Assembly (NCBI GenBank): GCA_963833985.1 | Contig: CAWIAD010000001.1 | Location: 736,001-800,000 of the forward strand | Length of the DNA: 64,000 nt | Source: an uncultured Planctomycetaceae bacterium | Lineage (GTDB): Bacteria; Planctomycetota; Planctomycetia; Isosphaerales; Isosphaeraceae | Reading direction: 5' to 3' | Shown: in pieces, positions 42,369-54,388 of the stretch | Numbering within the stretch: position 1 is the stretch's first letter | How the letters are laid out: every line of letters begins with the position of its first letter | Program-made: the position numbers and the translations under genes | Notes under the pieces: generated by a model | Told to the model about the DNA's origin: nothing | The model's input: only the letters and a program-made list of their open reading frames with translations | The model's database searches: none

Positions 42369-43815
42369 CATAGCGTCCAACTTAAGGAATTTGGCCTAGA
42401 AAAAAAGAAAGGAAGTCCTTAATCCAGTTCGCGTTGTATCGAGCAAGCGCGTCCTGGAAGAAGGAGCTTCCGTTGGGGATCATAAACAAGGTGGCCGTGT
42501 TGTTGCAATCGAGCTTGGGTTCGAAACTCGACGAGATCGGTCGTGCGACGGGCGTGATCCGGCGGCAACGAAAATTCTCGGGCGCGTCGCTGCTCAAGAC
42601 CATGGTTCTGACTGTGATGAAGACGCCTCGCCCCCATACCAACGACTTCGTCGCGACGGCGGCACTGCTGGGTGTGAACGTGACTGCCGAGGCGATCGAA
42701 AAGCGGTTCTCGGAGAAGCTCGTCGCGCACTTGCGCGCGGGTTTGGAACACGTGTTGGAGTCCGTCGTGGAGGCGTCGGCGGCCGGCGTGGCGCTGCTGG
42801 ACAAGTTCACCGCCGTCGTGATCGCCGACAGCACCACGGTGACCTTGCCCGACGAATTCGAGGCGGAATTTCCCGGCTGCGGTGGCAAAACGGGCAGTGG
42901 TAAGGCAGCGGTGAAAATTCAGGTGGCGTGGGAACTGCGCCGCGGTCAGTTGGAGAAGTTGGAGGTCCATCCCGGTCGTCACAGCGACGCCACGAGCGTG
43001 GACGTGGACGCACCAGTGGCCTCCGGATCGCTGACGCTCCGCGACCTGGGATACTTTTGCCTGGAGCGGTTCCGATCCATCGGCGCAAGGAGCTTATTGG
43101 ATTTCGCGTTGGCAACACGGCACGGCCGTTTTCGACGCGGAGGGGCGGCGATGGGAGATGCTGGCGTTTCTCCGACGGCAACCCGCCGGCATGCCGGTCG
43201 ACGTGTCGATCGCGGTGGGCGCGGCGGAGCGTCTGGGATGTCGGTTGATCGCCTTGCGAGTGCCTCCGGAGGTGGCGAACCGACGTCGGCAAGCGGCCTA
43301 CGAAAAGGCTCAAAAACACGGCCGCGTGCCCACGCAAGAACATCTGGACTTGTGCGACTGGACGATTTTCCTGACCAACTGCCTGGCCGCACTTCTGACG
43401 TGGAAAGAGGTCGTGGTCCTGTATCGGACGCGCTGGCAAATCGAACTGCTGTTCAAACTTTGGAAATCTCACAACCACCTCGCCGAGTCGCGTGCACACT
43501 GGACCAGCATGGAACGCCTGGCGTTGTTCTGGGCGAAACTGATCGGCGTGGTGCTTCAGCATTGGCTGCTCCTGACCGCGAACGCGGCCGATCCCCGCCG
43601 CAGCCACTGGAAAGCGGCCCGCGTCATCCGGAACTGGATGGAATCCCTGACCCGAGCGTTGGATAACATCGACGAGCTCATACGCACCTTGAGAGACATG
43701 GCCACGACGATCGCTAGCGTCGCTCAGAAGAAACGTCGGAAGAAACGGCCCAGCCTATTCCAACTCCTTTTGGATCCAGAACTTCTGGAATGGAATCCTT
43801 AAGTTGGACGCTATG
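42369..43815 (+). mobile_element. IS4 family insertion sequence (IS231/IS186-like CAT... ends)
   Basis: 20-bp perfect IR CATAGCGTCCAACTTAAGGA (42369-42388)/TCCTTAAGTTGGACGCTATG (43796-43815); flanking 20-bp near-direct repeat. Confidence 0.92.
42473..43802 (+). CDS. IS4 family DDE transposase (frameshift near 43085)
   Basis: IADSTTVTLP, LRDLGYF, YRTRWQIELLFKLWKS (YREK motif); stop codon lies within the right IR. Confidence 0.93.
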
Positions 43816-44223
43816 GGGTCAGCGCCGCGCAACCCGCCAATCGAGGGAGATTTGTAGGGTGGGTCAGAGCGAGCGCGGCCCACCAAACCCTCTGAGTGAT
43901 CCGTCGTAAACTTCTGGGATCTGGTGGGTTGCGCGGTGCTGACCCACCCTACCAGACTCGTTCTAAGCCAAGGGACACAACATCGAGGGGGTTTCGCGAG
44001 GGTGCGGAGGTGGTCAGAATAATTTGCGACGGCGTCGAGATTGCGGCGATGAGGCACTGGCTGCTTGCGATGCGAGGCCGCAACTCCTAAAACGAATGCC
44101 AATGAATTCAAGGCGATCGAAGGGACAACCCCCTGGGTGAGACCGGATATCCTGGCCAGGGGGTGGTCGCCGTGGTGGCTGAGTTGGTTCGTGCAGCAAA
44201 GGCAGGCTGCCGGGGAGAGACGA

Positions 44224-45465
44224 ATGAGCGATCAGAATCTTGCATCACGCGTCCATGAAGCGATCGAGGCTGGCGAGGGAATTCTGCGGCTGGCACCGAC
44301 GTGGGTGCCCCGCTCGTTCCTGATGCCGGGAGGGCGGCTCAAGCTGTCGCGCGAGGACCTCTATGCCCTGGGCACCCATCGGGGCGGCATCGACGAGCGC
44401 TGGTTCGCCTCCACCACGGCCGCGGCGAACGAGGGCGCTCCGGCCGACGAGGGGCTGAGCTATGTCGTCTACAGCGGAGAACGGTTCACGCTTCGCGACG
44501 CCATTGCCCTGCACGGCCCGGAGATGATCGGCTCGAAGCTCTGGGACGCCTACCAGCGCTGGCCGGTCTACAGCAAGTTCTTCGACAACCTCGGCCCGAT
44601 CCCGCACCACATGCACCAGAACCAGGAGCAGGCCGCCAAGCTCGGCCGCGAGGGGAAGCCGGAAAGCTACTACTTCCCGCCCCAGTTGAACTGGACCGGG
44701 AACAACTTCCCCTACACGTTCTTCGGCCTGGAGCCCGGCACGAGGAAGGACGACCTGAGGAGCTGCCTGGAGCGCTGGAACCAGGGCGACAACGGGATCC
44801 TTGACCTGTCAAAAGCTTACCGGCTCAAGCCCGGTACCGGCTGGCTGGTGCCACCGGACGTGCTCCATGCCCCGGGCTCGCTGGTGACCTTCGAGCCGCA
44901 GTGGGGCTCGGACGTCTTTGGCATGTACCAGTCGATGGTCGAGGGCAGGCGCGTTCCCTGGGAATTGCTGGTCAAGGACGTTCCCGAGGCCTACCACCAT
45001 GACCTGGACTACCTGGTCGATCAGCTCGACTGGGAAAAGAATGTCGATCCTGAATTCAAGGCCCACAACTACCTGGAGCCGATCGTCCGCTCGGGGAGCG
45101 CGGCGGAGGGCTTCGTGGATAAGTGGATCGTCTATGGCACCGTCGACGGCAAGCAACTCTTCAGCGCCTGCGAGCTGACGGTCCTGCCGGGCCGCTCCAC
45201 CACCATCAAGGACCCTGGCGCCTACGGCCTGATCGTGGTGCAGGGAAGCGGCCAGATCGGCGCGATCGAACTGGACAGTCCCAATTTCATCCGCTACGGC
45301 GAGCTCACCAAGGACGAGGTGTTCGTCACCGCGAGGCGGGCCGGCGAGGGAGTTGCGTTCAAGAACACCGGCAGCGAGCCGTTCGTGAGCCTGCGCTACT
45401 TCGGGCCGGACACGCACGCGAATCTGCCGAGCGTCGGCGATCACCGGCACTCGGAAAGGCGTTGA
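44224..45465 (+). CDS. Cupin-fold protein related to class I mannose-6-phosphate isomerases (uncharacterised)
   Basis: KFFDNLGPIPHHMHQ, GKPESYYF, PPDVLHAPGS, FEPQWGSD. Confidence 0.75.
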   Translation: MSDQNLASRVHEAIEAGEGILRLAPTWVPRSFLMPGGRLKLSREDLYALGTHRGGIDERWFASTTAAANEGAPADEGLSYVVYSGERFTLRDAIALHGPEMIGSKLWDAYQRWPVYSKFFDNLGPIPHHMHQNQEQAAKLGREGKPESYYFPPQLNWTGNNFPYTFFGLEPGTRKDDLRSCLERWNQGDNGILDLSKAYRLKPGTGWLVPPDVLHAPGSLVTFEPQWGSDVFGMYQSMVEGRRVPWELLVKDVPEAYHHDLDYLVDQLDWEKNVDPEFKAHNYLEPIVRSGSAAEGFVDKWIVYGTVDGKQLFSACELTVLPGRSTTIKDPGAYGLIVVQGSGQIGAIELDSPNFIRYGELTKDEVFVTARRAGEGVAFKNTGSEPFVSLRYFGPDTHANLPSVGDHRHSERR

Positions 45466-45559
45466 CCCCGACGATCAGGCCGCGGTCGATCGCGCCGCGG
45501 GGGGTGGAACAGATCGAGGCGGCTTGCCGTGCGGGCCGCCTGCACGATGAGGGTTTTGC

Positions 45560-45913
45560 ATGATAAGCTGGACGCTGGTGGTCGTGGCGGTTGTGCTGGT
45601 ACTGGGCGGGCTGTTCGCGGTCCTGGTCGTCTTCAGCCTTTCGCGGTCGGCGTCCGGCGGTGACCTGGAGTGGCAGATTGCCCGGCTGGAGCGAAAGGTC
45701 GAGCTCATCCTCACCCATCTGGGAATCGGACATGATGAGCACGTACCCGAGCCCGTGATCAAGCTGGCGCGGGACGGGCGAACGCAGGAAGCGGTCCGCG
45801 AATACGCCCGGCTCACAGGCGTCAGCGAATCGGTCGCGCGGCGTGAGGTCGAGTTTGTCGAGGAGCGGCTCAAGCAGCCGAAAGCGGGCCCGGCAGGGGA
45901 TGACCGCGGCTAG
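45560..45913 (+). CDS. Membrane-anchored protein with L7/L12-CTD-like motif
   Basis: N-terminal TM; RLERKVELILTHLG; EAVREYARLTGVSESVARREVE. Confidence 0.7.
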   Translation: MISWTLVVVAVVLVLGGLFAVLVVFSLSRSASGGDLEWQIARLERKVELILTHLGIGHDEHVPEPVIKLARDGRTQEAVREYARLTGVSESVARREVEFVEERLKQPKAGPAGDDRG

Positions 45914-45961
45914 TGCCGCGAGGAGCCTTCACGTCGAATCAATCAAAGGAGGCATCGGCGC

Positions 45962-46612
45962 ATGGCAGATCCCTGGATTCAGGAATCCGATGAGCTCGAT
46001 GACGGACAGGGTCCCGGGGCAGGGCTGTTCGGCCGTATCAAGGCCGCGCTGGATCCCGCCGAGTTCCTGCTCTGGGCGGATCGCCCGCGGGGCCCTGCTC
46101 CCTTGCGTGTGCCGGTCGTCCCGGCCGTCTTCATCTCGGTGCTGGCCGGTCTGAGCGGGTTCTCGCTTGCGGCCCTCTTCGGCATGGTGGGTGAAGCCTG
46201 GCTCAAGCCGTGGCGATTGGCCCTGGCCCTGGGGCTCGGCCCCTGCGTCCTGGGGGGGATGATCGTTCTCCATTTGATCTCCGTGCTCGTGCGGCGCTGG
46301 CTGCGCCGCCGCCGGCTGGCGCGCATGATCTACGCGGTAACGGACCGGCGGGCCATCGTGGCCCGGATTGCCAGCGCCGGGGGAGAGATGGAATGGCGCT
46401 GGCTGCGGCCCGGAGAGATCCTCGACACGCGCATCTTCGAGAACCCTGACGGGTCGGGAGACCTCTACTTCATCGGCCAGGAGAGCGATGACTGGCTCTC
46501 CCTGGGGTTCTTCGAGATCCGCCAGGTGAGCTTTGTCGAAGCTCTGGTTCGTGAGGCGCTGCTGGATTTTGAAGGCGACTGGTGGAAGCTGGGACCGGCC
46601 GGCGCCTGCTGA
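45962..46612 (+). CDS. Two-TM membrane protein with PH-like C-terminus
   Basis: EFLLWADRP, two TM helices, YAVTDRRAIV, DGSGDL. Confidence 0.7.
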   Translation: MADPWIQESDELDDGQGPGAGLFGRIKAALDPAEFLLWADRPRGPAPLRVPVVPAVFISVLAGLSGFSLAALFGMVGEAWLKPWRLALALGLGPCVLGGMIVLHLISVLVRRWLRRRRLARMIYAVTDRRAIVARIASAGGEMEWRWLRPGEILDTRIFENPDGSGDLYFIGQESDDWLSLGFFEIRQVSFVEALVREALLDFEGDWWKLGPAGAC

Positions 46613-46670
46613 AGCCGCCTTGTTGCGCGTTATTGGCGTCGTCCCCCCTCTGACTTGCGAGGAAATCCTC

Positions 46671-47741
<1,071 letters not shown>

Positions 47742-47855
47742 CCGGGCATTGTCGAGCCTGGGCCCGAGGCACCCACGTGCCTGGGTGTCCTGGTTCAGGA
47801 CCCCGAGGCATGAGACGTCGTGGTGCGTGAAGTATTTCGTCCGGGAGGAGTTGCT

Positions 47856-48656
47856 GTGCCCAGCCCGTTTCCAGGCATGGACCCGTACCTCGAGAATCCG
47901 GCCCTCTGGCGCGGGGTCCACCACTGGCTGATCACTGCGGCCGCCGAGCAGCTCCAGCCGCAGCTTGTCGCGCGTGGATGTTATATCGACGTCGAAAGCC
48001 GAATCTGGCGGGAAGAGCCGGAACGCGCCGTCTATCTGGATGGGACGCTGCTGGAATCGAATCATTTCGCGGCAGCAATTCCGGGCGAACTTCCCAGGAC
48101 TCTGGTTGCCGACGAACCGGTGCGTGTGCGCGTCCTGGAAGCGGAAGTCCGTGAGGATTACTTGCAGGTCTACGAGACCGCGACACGTCGTTTGCTCACG
48201 GGAATTGAGTTTGTGAGCCCCAGCCACAAGTCCGATAGCGACGCAAGAGAATTCTACCTCCGAAAGCGCAGAGAACTGAGGGCGGCCCTCGTGAATTTCG
48301 TCGAGATCGACCTGCTCCGGGGCGGAAAGAAGGTTGTCCGTCTGCCCGCCCCGCTCCTCACGCGGCCTCGGGGTACGTGCTATCTGGCGAACGTCGTCCG
48401 TGCAGGCAATCCGGATTATGAGTTCTACCCGATCAGCCTCCGCACACGGCTGCCGCGCATCCGCATTCCTGTCCGGCCGGGAGAGCCGGATGTCGTGCTC
48501 GACCTCCAGGCGGCACGCGAGCGCGTCTACGAGGCCGGCGCTTACCAGTCGCGGATCGATTACCAGGCCGAACCGACGCCTCCTTTGTGCGGTGATGACG
48601 CGGCCTGGGCCAGCGAAACCCTCGCGGCCTCGGGCGCTCACCACCAGACCGCTTGA
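47856..48656 (+). CDS. DUF4058 family protein (restriction-endonuclease-like fold)
   Basis: PSPFPGMDPYLE, IEFVSPSHK, VEIDLLRGG, LPRIRIP. Confidence 0.9.
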   Translation: MPSPFPGMDPYLENPALWRGVHHWLITAAAEQLQPQLVARGCYIDVESRIWREEPERAVYLDGTLLESNHFAAAIPGELPRTLVADEPVRVRVLEAEVREDYLQVYETATRRLLTGIEFVSPSHKSDSDAREFYLRKRRELRAALVNFVEIDLLRGGKKVVRLPAPLLTRPRGTCYLANVVRAGNPDYEFYPISLRTRLPRIRIPVRPGEPDVVLDLQAARERVYEAGAYQSRIDYQAEPTPPLCGDDAAWASETLAASGAHHQTA

Positions 48657-48710
48657 GGCATGTCCCGCAAACCAAAGTTCCTTTTCCCCGATGAGACGGA
48701 AGGTGCAACG

Positions 48711-49859
48711 ATGCCCGCTTTGAAACCGCTGAACATCGGCCTGGTTGGCTACGGCTTCATGGGCCGCACGCATTCCAATGCGTACAAGCGCGTGACCGAT
48801 TTCTTCGACGTGCAGTACCAGCCCGTGCTCAAGGCAGTCTGCGGCCGCAGCGAGGCAGGCGCCAGGGCGTTCGCCCAGAAGTGGGGCTACCAGTCGGCCG
48901 AGACCGACTGGCGGCAGCTCGTCGAGCGCAAAGACATCGATGCAATCGACATTTGCACCCCCAATAACACTCACTCCGAGATTGCCATGGCCGCCGCCGA
49001 GGCCGGCAAGATGGTCCTCTGCGAGAAGCCGCTGGCGATGAACCTCGTCGAGGGCCAGCAGATGGTCGACGCGGTGGAGCGGGCTGGCGTGCCCAACACG
49101 GTCTGGTACAACTACCGCCGGGTGCCCGCCGTGACGCTCGCCAAGTTCCTCATTGACGACGGGCGGCTGGGCCAGATCTTCCACTACCGGGCCAACTTCC
49201 TCCAGGACTGGACGATCTCGGCCGACCTTCCCCAGGGAGGCACCGCACTGTGGCGGCTGGACGTCGGGGCCGCCGGCTCGGGCGTCACCGGCGACCTGCT
49301 GGCGCACTGCATCGACACGGCACTGTGGCTGAACGGGCACATCAACACCGTCTGCGCCATGACCGAGACCTTCGTGAAGGAGCGCAAGCACAACCTCACC
49401 GGCAAGGTGGAACCGGTGGGAATCGACGACGCCTGCGCGTTCCTCTGCCGCTTCGAGAACGGCTCGCTGGGGAATTTCGAATCCACCCGGTACGCCCGCG
49501 GCCACAAGGCCCTCTACACCCTGGAGGTCAACGGCGCGAAGGCATCGCTCAAGTGGGACCTGCACGACCTGCACCGGCTCCAGTATTTCGACCACGGCGA
49601 TGATTCGCTGGTGCGCGGCTGGCGGTCGGTGCACGTGACCGACGGCGACATGCCGTACATGAAGCACTGGTGGGTGCCCGGCCTCCAGATCGGCTACGAG
49701 CACACCTTCGTGCACCAGTTCGCTGATTTCCTGGAGAACCTGGCCAGGGGCGAGTCCACCGCGCCCACCTTCCGCGACGCCCTGGCCACGCAGGCCGTGT
49801 GCGACGCCGTGCTCGACTCGGCCGAGCACCAGAAGTGGGAGACAGTGGTGCCGGTGTGA
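48711..49859 (+). CDS. Gfo/Idh/MocA family oxidoreductase
   Basis: [36 protein letters not shown]. Confidence 0.95.
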   Translation: MPALKPLNIGLVGYGFMGRTHSNAYKRVTDFFDVQYQPVLKAVCGRSEAGARAFAQKWGYQSAETDWRQLVERKDIDAIDICTPNNTHSEIAMAAAEAGKMVLCEKPLAMNLVEGQQMVDAVERAGVPNTVWYNYRRVPAVTLAKFLIDDGRLGQIFHYRANFLQDWTISADLPQGGTALWRLDVGAAGSGVTGDLLAHCIDTALWLNGHINTVCAMTETFVKERKHNLTGKVEPVGIDDACAFLCRFENGSLGNFESTRYARGHKALYTLEVNGAKASLKWDLHDLHRLQYFDHGDDSLVRGWRSVHVTDGDMPYMKHWWVPGLQIGYEHTFVHQFADFLENLARGESTAPTFRDALATQAVCDAVLDSAEHQKWETVVPV

Positions 49860-49869
49860 GCGAAATGGA

Positions 49870-50376
49870 ATGGGCGAGCTTATAATGGGTGTGGATTTGG
49901 GGAGCCAAAGCGTGCCGCGACTCACATTTTTTCGACAGAAACGATACGACGGCGGCCTTCGAATGGGTCTTGAGATCGACGGGTTACCGGTCTTGACCCA
50001 TTTCGAGGAGGGCCCGCCTGACTTGCAAGATGACCCTCTGGGCTCTGCCTTGCTCTGGTATGTTGATATTACTTGCTCAGGAAAGACTCTGCCCACCGAG
50101 CCGGAAGCTGCAAGGCAGTGGTTCGAAAAACAGAAATCAACGATCCACGAAGGGTTGGCCCGATTTGCCGACGCGATCCGGGCCGGCACGGATGACGATT
50201 ATCCACTTCAGTGGAGTGACTTTCCTGGACGCCCCGCGGATGTCGATATCAGGCTGGTTTGTTCCTCGATCCGAGGGATCAAGGGCCCTGAGTTCTCCGA
50301 AACCATTCGCGATACTGACTTGCATCTGGTGGACTATCTTGAACGGTTGTCCGAGCCTGTTCCCGTTGCGCGATGA
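49870..50376 (+). CDS. Hypothetical protein upstream of PIN gene (candidate antitoxin)
   Basis: 168-aa acidic ORF ending 9 bp before the PIN gene. Confidence 0.65.
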   Translation: MGELIMGVDLGSQSVPRLTFFRQKRYDGGLRMGLEIDGLPVLTHFEEGPPDLQDDPLGSALLWYVDITCSGKTLPTEPEAARQWFEKQKSTIHEGLARFADAIRAGTDDDYPLQWSDFPGRPADVDIRLVCSSIRGIKGPEFSETIRDTDLHLVDYLERLSEPVPVAR

Positions 50377-50638
50377 GGCGGATCGATGAACCGGCTGAGG
50401 GTGCTGGATACGAATCGTCTGATTGCTCACTGGCGGTCGCGCGAGGGACCGCTCTCGGATTACACTCAGAAGGATGCCTCGGCATGGGCGAAAAGGCTCA
50501 TCGAACTGGCAGGCACTCCCAAGACCGTCACCCCCGTGGTGATCGAGTTCCTCTGCGGTGCGAGAGACGGCCATGAACTGTCCTTGTCCCGCGCGTTCCT
50601 GAACGAATTTGAAATTGTTGATCGTGGAGCGATTCTGA

Positions 50639-51560
50639 GAGGGAGTTCGGAAACTTGGGTGGGCTGGACAGATTTTCTGAATTGAGCAGAATCTTCTCAG
50701 GGGAAGGGTAGTCATCGAACAAGGGCGGAGCCCGATCATGGACGAGCGCACGGCGCGGAAGGCGTATGAGAGCGATCTTACTGACGAAGAGTGGAGGATT
50801 GTCGAACCGCTCCTTCCTGCAGGGAAGTTCGGCGGCCGGCCGCGCACTACAAACATCCGCGAGGTGCTCAATGCGGTCTTCTACTTGTTGCGAACGGGAT
50901 GCGCCTGGCGACTCTTGCCCCACGACTTTCCACCGGCGGGCACAGTCTACGATTACTTTCGAGCGTGGTCCCGTGACGGAACTCTCCAACGAGTTCACGA
51001 CATTCTTCGTCGACGGGTTCGTGTTGCAGCGGGCCGAAACGAGGAGCCCAGCGCGGCGTGCATTGACAGCCAATCGGCAAAGACAAACGAGCAAGGGGGG
51101 ATCGATGGATACGATGCCGGGAAGAAGATCATGGGGCGCAAGCGTCACATCCTGGTGGACACCATGGGGCTGATTCTGGCTGTGGTCGTTCATTCGGCAG
51201 GTATCCAGGATCGGGACGGGGCGAAGGCAGTTTTCGATGCGATCAGGAACGACCTGCCACGGCTGCAGTTGGTCTGGGCCGACGGCGGCTACGCAGGCAA
51301 ATTGGTGGAGTGGGTCAAGAGCGAGTGTGGTTGGGTCCTGGAGATCGTGAAACGAACGGACGACGTCAAGGGTTTTAAGCTCCTGCCCCACCGCTGGGTC
51401 GTGGAGCGAACCTTCGCCTGGTTGGGACGGTTTCGCCGAATGAGCAAGGATTATGAGTTCCATCCAGAAACGTCAGCGTCAATGATTCATCTTGCTATGA
51501 TCAACATTATGGTGCGTCGGCTTGCTGCTGCCTAAACCGCGCAACTTTCCAAACTCCCTC
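50639..51560 (+). mobile_element. IS5 family insertion sequence (IS1031-like)
   Basis: IR GAGGGAGTTCGGAAA/TTTCCAAACTCCCTC (1 mismatch); 3-bp TSD TGA at 50636-50638 and 51561-51563. Confidence 0.93.
50738..51535 (+). CDS. IS5 family transposase (intact)
   Basis: [53 protein letters not shown]. Confidence 0.96.
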   Translation: MDERTARKAYESDLTDEEWRIVEPLLPAGKFGGRPRTTNIREVLNAVFYLLRTGCAWRLLPHDFPPAGTVYDYFRAWSRDGTLQRVHDILRRRVRVAAGRNEEPSAACIDSQSAKTNEQGGIDGYDAGKKIMGRKRHILVDTMGLILAVVVHSAGIQDRDGAKAVFDAIRNDLPRLQLVWADGGYAGKLVEWVKSECGWVLEIVKRTDDVKGFKLLPHRWVVERTFAWLGRFRRMSKDYEFHPETSASMIHLAMINIMVRRLAAA

Positions 51561-51778
51561 TGAGGGAAGACTGGGAAAAAGCACGGAACTTTGCCTGCTG
51601 GGTCCCTTCAGATGGTCGCTCACGCGATTTTGCCGATTGCCTGATCGCGGCGATTGCTCGCCGCCTGGGATACGAGGTTCTCTCAAGCGATGACGGCTTT
51701 CCGCGACCAAGGTGAGACAGTGTCGAGAATTGCACCCACGGGTTCCGAATTTGATAAAACGTCAAAGGACAAGCTTCC

Positions 51779-52621
51779 ATGAAATTCGGCATGAACCTGC
51801 TGCTCTGGACCGACCACGTGACCGAGGCACATGACCCGATCATCGACGAGATCAAGGCCCTCGGGTTCGACTCCGTCGAGATCCCCATCTTCTCGACCGC
51901 CGAGCTGGCGCCCTACGAGCGGCTGGGCAAGCGGCTCAAGAGTGCAGGGCTGGCCGCGACGGGCGTCACCGTGATGGGGCCCCAGACCAACCCCATCTCG
52001 TCAGACCCCAAGGTTCGCGATGCGGCCGTGGCGCACCTGGACCGGGTGATGGAATGCGGCCAGCAGTTCGGCTGCACGATCCTCTGCGGGCCGCTCCATT
52101 CGGCCATCGGCGTCTTCTCGGGGACCGGCCCCACCGAGGACGAGTTCCGGTACGGCGTGGAGACGATGCAGCGCGCCGCGGACAGGGCGAAGGCGCGCAA
52201 CATCGTCATGGGGCTGGAATACCTCAACCGCTTCGAGAACTATTTTCTGACCACCACGGCTCAGACCGTGCGGTTCGTGCGCGCGGTGAACCATCCCGCG
52301 TGCAAGATGATGTATGACAGCTTCCACGCGCACATCGAAGAAAAGAACCAGGCGGAAGCCATCGCGGCGTGCGCCGCCGAGACCGTGCACGTGCACATCT
52401 CGGAGAACGATCGGGGCACGCCGGGAACCGGCCAGGTGCACTGGGACCAGGTGTTCGAGGGGCTCAAAAAGACCGGTTACAACGCCTCACTGACCATCGA
52501 GGCGTTCGGCACGGCGCTCCCGGCGCTGGCCGCCGCCACGCGGGTCTGGCGCAGCCTCTTCCCGGACGCCATGGAACTCTGCCGCGACGGCCTGGCGTTC
52601 ATGAAACGGCACGCCGGGTGA
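51779..52621 (+). CDS. D-tagatose/psicose 3-epimerase-like sugar isomerase
   Basis: EYLNRFE, YDSFHAHIEE, HVHISENDRGTPGTG, IEAF. Confidence 0.92.
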   Translation: MKFGMNLLLWTDHVTEAHDPIIDEIKALGFDSVEIPIFSTAELAPYERLGKRLKSAGLAATGVTVMGPQTNPISSDPKVRDAAVAHLDRVMECGQQFGCTILCGPLHSAIGVFSGTGPTEDEFRYGVETMQRAADRAKARNIVMGLEYLNRFENYFLTTTAQTVRFVRAVNHPACKMMYDSFHAHIEEKNQAEAIAACAAETVHVHISENDRGTPGTGQVHWDQVFEGLKKTGYNASLTIEAFGTALPALAAATRVWRSLFPDAMELCRDGLAFMKRHAG

Positions 52622-52731
52622 GCCAGGACGCCGCCGGCGATCCGCTTCGAAAGTGGCGCCGGACGCGATACAATAGTCCGTGTCAGCCAGTCTCGTCCCC
52701 GGCTTCCATCCGCCCAGGCGGCGTCGGTGCC

Positions 52732-54388
52732 ATGTCGCGACCCGGTTTTCGTTCCATGTCCGCGGTGCTCGTCGTGAGCGGCCTTGCCAGCGCGTGGCCA
52801 TTGCCCCTGCGCCCAGCAAGACCAGGCCGTACTCGCGGGAGTTCAGTACCTGCGCGGGAAGGCGGCGGGGCAGCAGGTCGGTGAGACGGCCATGATCGCC
52901 CTGGCACTTCTGAAGGCGGATGCCACCGCCACCGATCCGGTGGTCGCCTCGTGCGTCGCGACCATCCGCAAGCAATTCAGCAGTAGCGGCTATGTCCCGC
53001 AGCGTACTGGCGGCCACGACATCTACGAGGCCGCCGTGGTGGCCATGGCTCTTGCGAACCTGGAAGGCGAGGAGCATCGCGGCGAGCTCAACCTGGTGGC
53101 CACCTACCTGATGGGCATGCAGAAAGCCAACGGCTCGTGGGACTACCTCGCCCGCACCCAGGGCGATTGCTCCATTTCCCAGTACGCCCTGCTCGGGCTC
53201 TGGGAGTGCGACAACTCGGGAGTGACCATTCCCCCCGCGGTCTGGGACCGGGCGGCGAGCTGGTATCTCTCGGTGCAGTCCTCCTCCGGGAGCTGGAATT
53301 ACCACCGCGACCAGCCCGAATACGCCGACAACCTGTCGATGACCGCGGCCGGGGTTGGCAGCCTGCTGCTCTGCAAGCGGCAACTGGAGCGGTTCCGGGA
53401 GGCCAAGCGCGGGCCGAACCCGCTCCTGACGGCCCTCACGCCGGCAGATTCCACCCAGGATTATCACATCTCCACCTCGGTCGGCGCGATCGACCAGGCG
53501 GTGCGCAAGGGCATGTCCTGGCTGGCCGGCAATTATACGACCACCCAGGTCAGCCTCATCGGCCAGTCCATTTACTACGGCCTTTACGGCCTGGAGCGGG
53601 TCGCGGCGCTGGCCGATCGTCAGACCATTGGCCGGGTGGACCTGCTGGAGAAGGCCCGCTCGTTCATCAAGTCGACCCAGAAGCCCGACGGCTCCTGGAC
53701 AGCCCTGCCGCAGAATGACGCGATGAATACGGTGTGGTCGGTTCTGTTCCTGACCAAGTCCACCGCCAAGTCGATCAAGCGGGTGGCGGTCAAGCGGCTA
53801 GGGGCCGGCACGCTGGTGGGCGGGCGGTACCTGCCCAAGGACCTCACTTCCATGACCGTCGCCGGCGGCAAGATCATGAGCCGGCCCATGAACGGCGCGG
53901 TGGAGGGAATGCTCGCCGTGCTCGAAGATCCGCGCGCCCAGTCGGCCGACACGGCCGTGCAGGGGTTGATCGAGCGTTACCTGCGCGAGGGGCCCGAGGC
54001 CTTGCGGCCGTACAAGGACCGTTTCCGCAAGCTGCTCACCGATCGCGACCCCGGGATGCGGCAAGTCGCCGCGTGGGCGCTGTCGCGCATGGCCGAACTG
54101 GACGTGGTGCCCGACCTGATCAAGGCCATCGAGGACCCCGAGGAGAATGTCGTCTCCGCCGCGGCGCTGGGGCTTCAGCTCCTGAGCCGGAAGATCGACG
54201 GCCTCGGTCCCGCCAGCCCGTCGACTCCGGAGCAGCGCAAGGAGGCCGCCATGGCGTGGCGTGCCTGGTACGAGGCCATCCGCCCGCTGGATGCGGACGC
54301 CGACGACGAGGAGGAGGGTATCCGCAAGCCAGCGGGACGCTCCCCTGCGACGAAAACCGCCAACCCCCTGCGGAGCCAGTCACCATGA
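52732..54388 (+). CDS. Secreted prenyltransferase/squalene-oxidase-repeat protein with C-terminal HEAT repeats (frameshift near 52805)
   Basis: QKANGSW, GDCSISQYALLGL, QSSSGSWNY, QKPDGSW repeats; LTDRDPGMRQVAAWAL; signal peptide in the alternate frame from 52732. Confidence 0.8.

Larger units (their letters stand above)
42221..43952. repeat. Cluster of four GTAG-type REPs (GTAGGGTGGGTCA...GCGC(AA/GG)CCC(G/A)CCA)
   Basis: Copies at 42221-42252 (-), 42342-42368/43816-43840 (+, split by IS4), 43854-43886 (+), 43922-43952 (-). Confidence 0.85.
50386..51715 (+). pseudogene. PIN-domain (VapC-like) ribonuclease toxin interrupted by IS5
   Basis: VLDTN...IEFLCG before the IS; after it REDWEKA...RDFADCLIAAIARRLGYEVLSSD; rejoins in frame (~134 aa), TGA 51713-51715. 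Confidence 0.88.
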
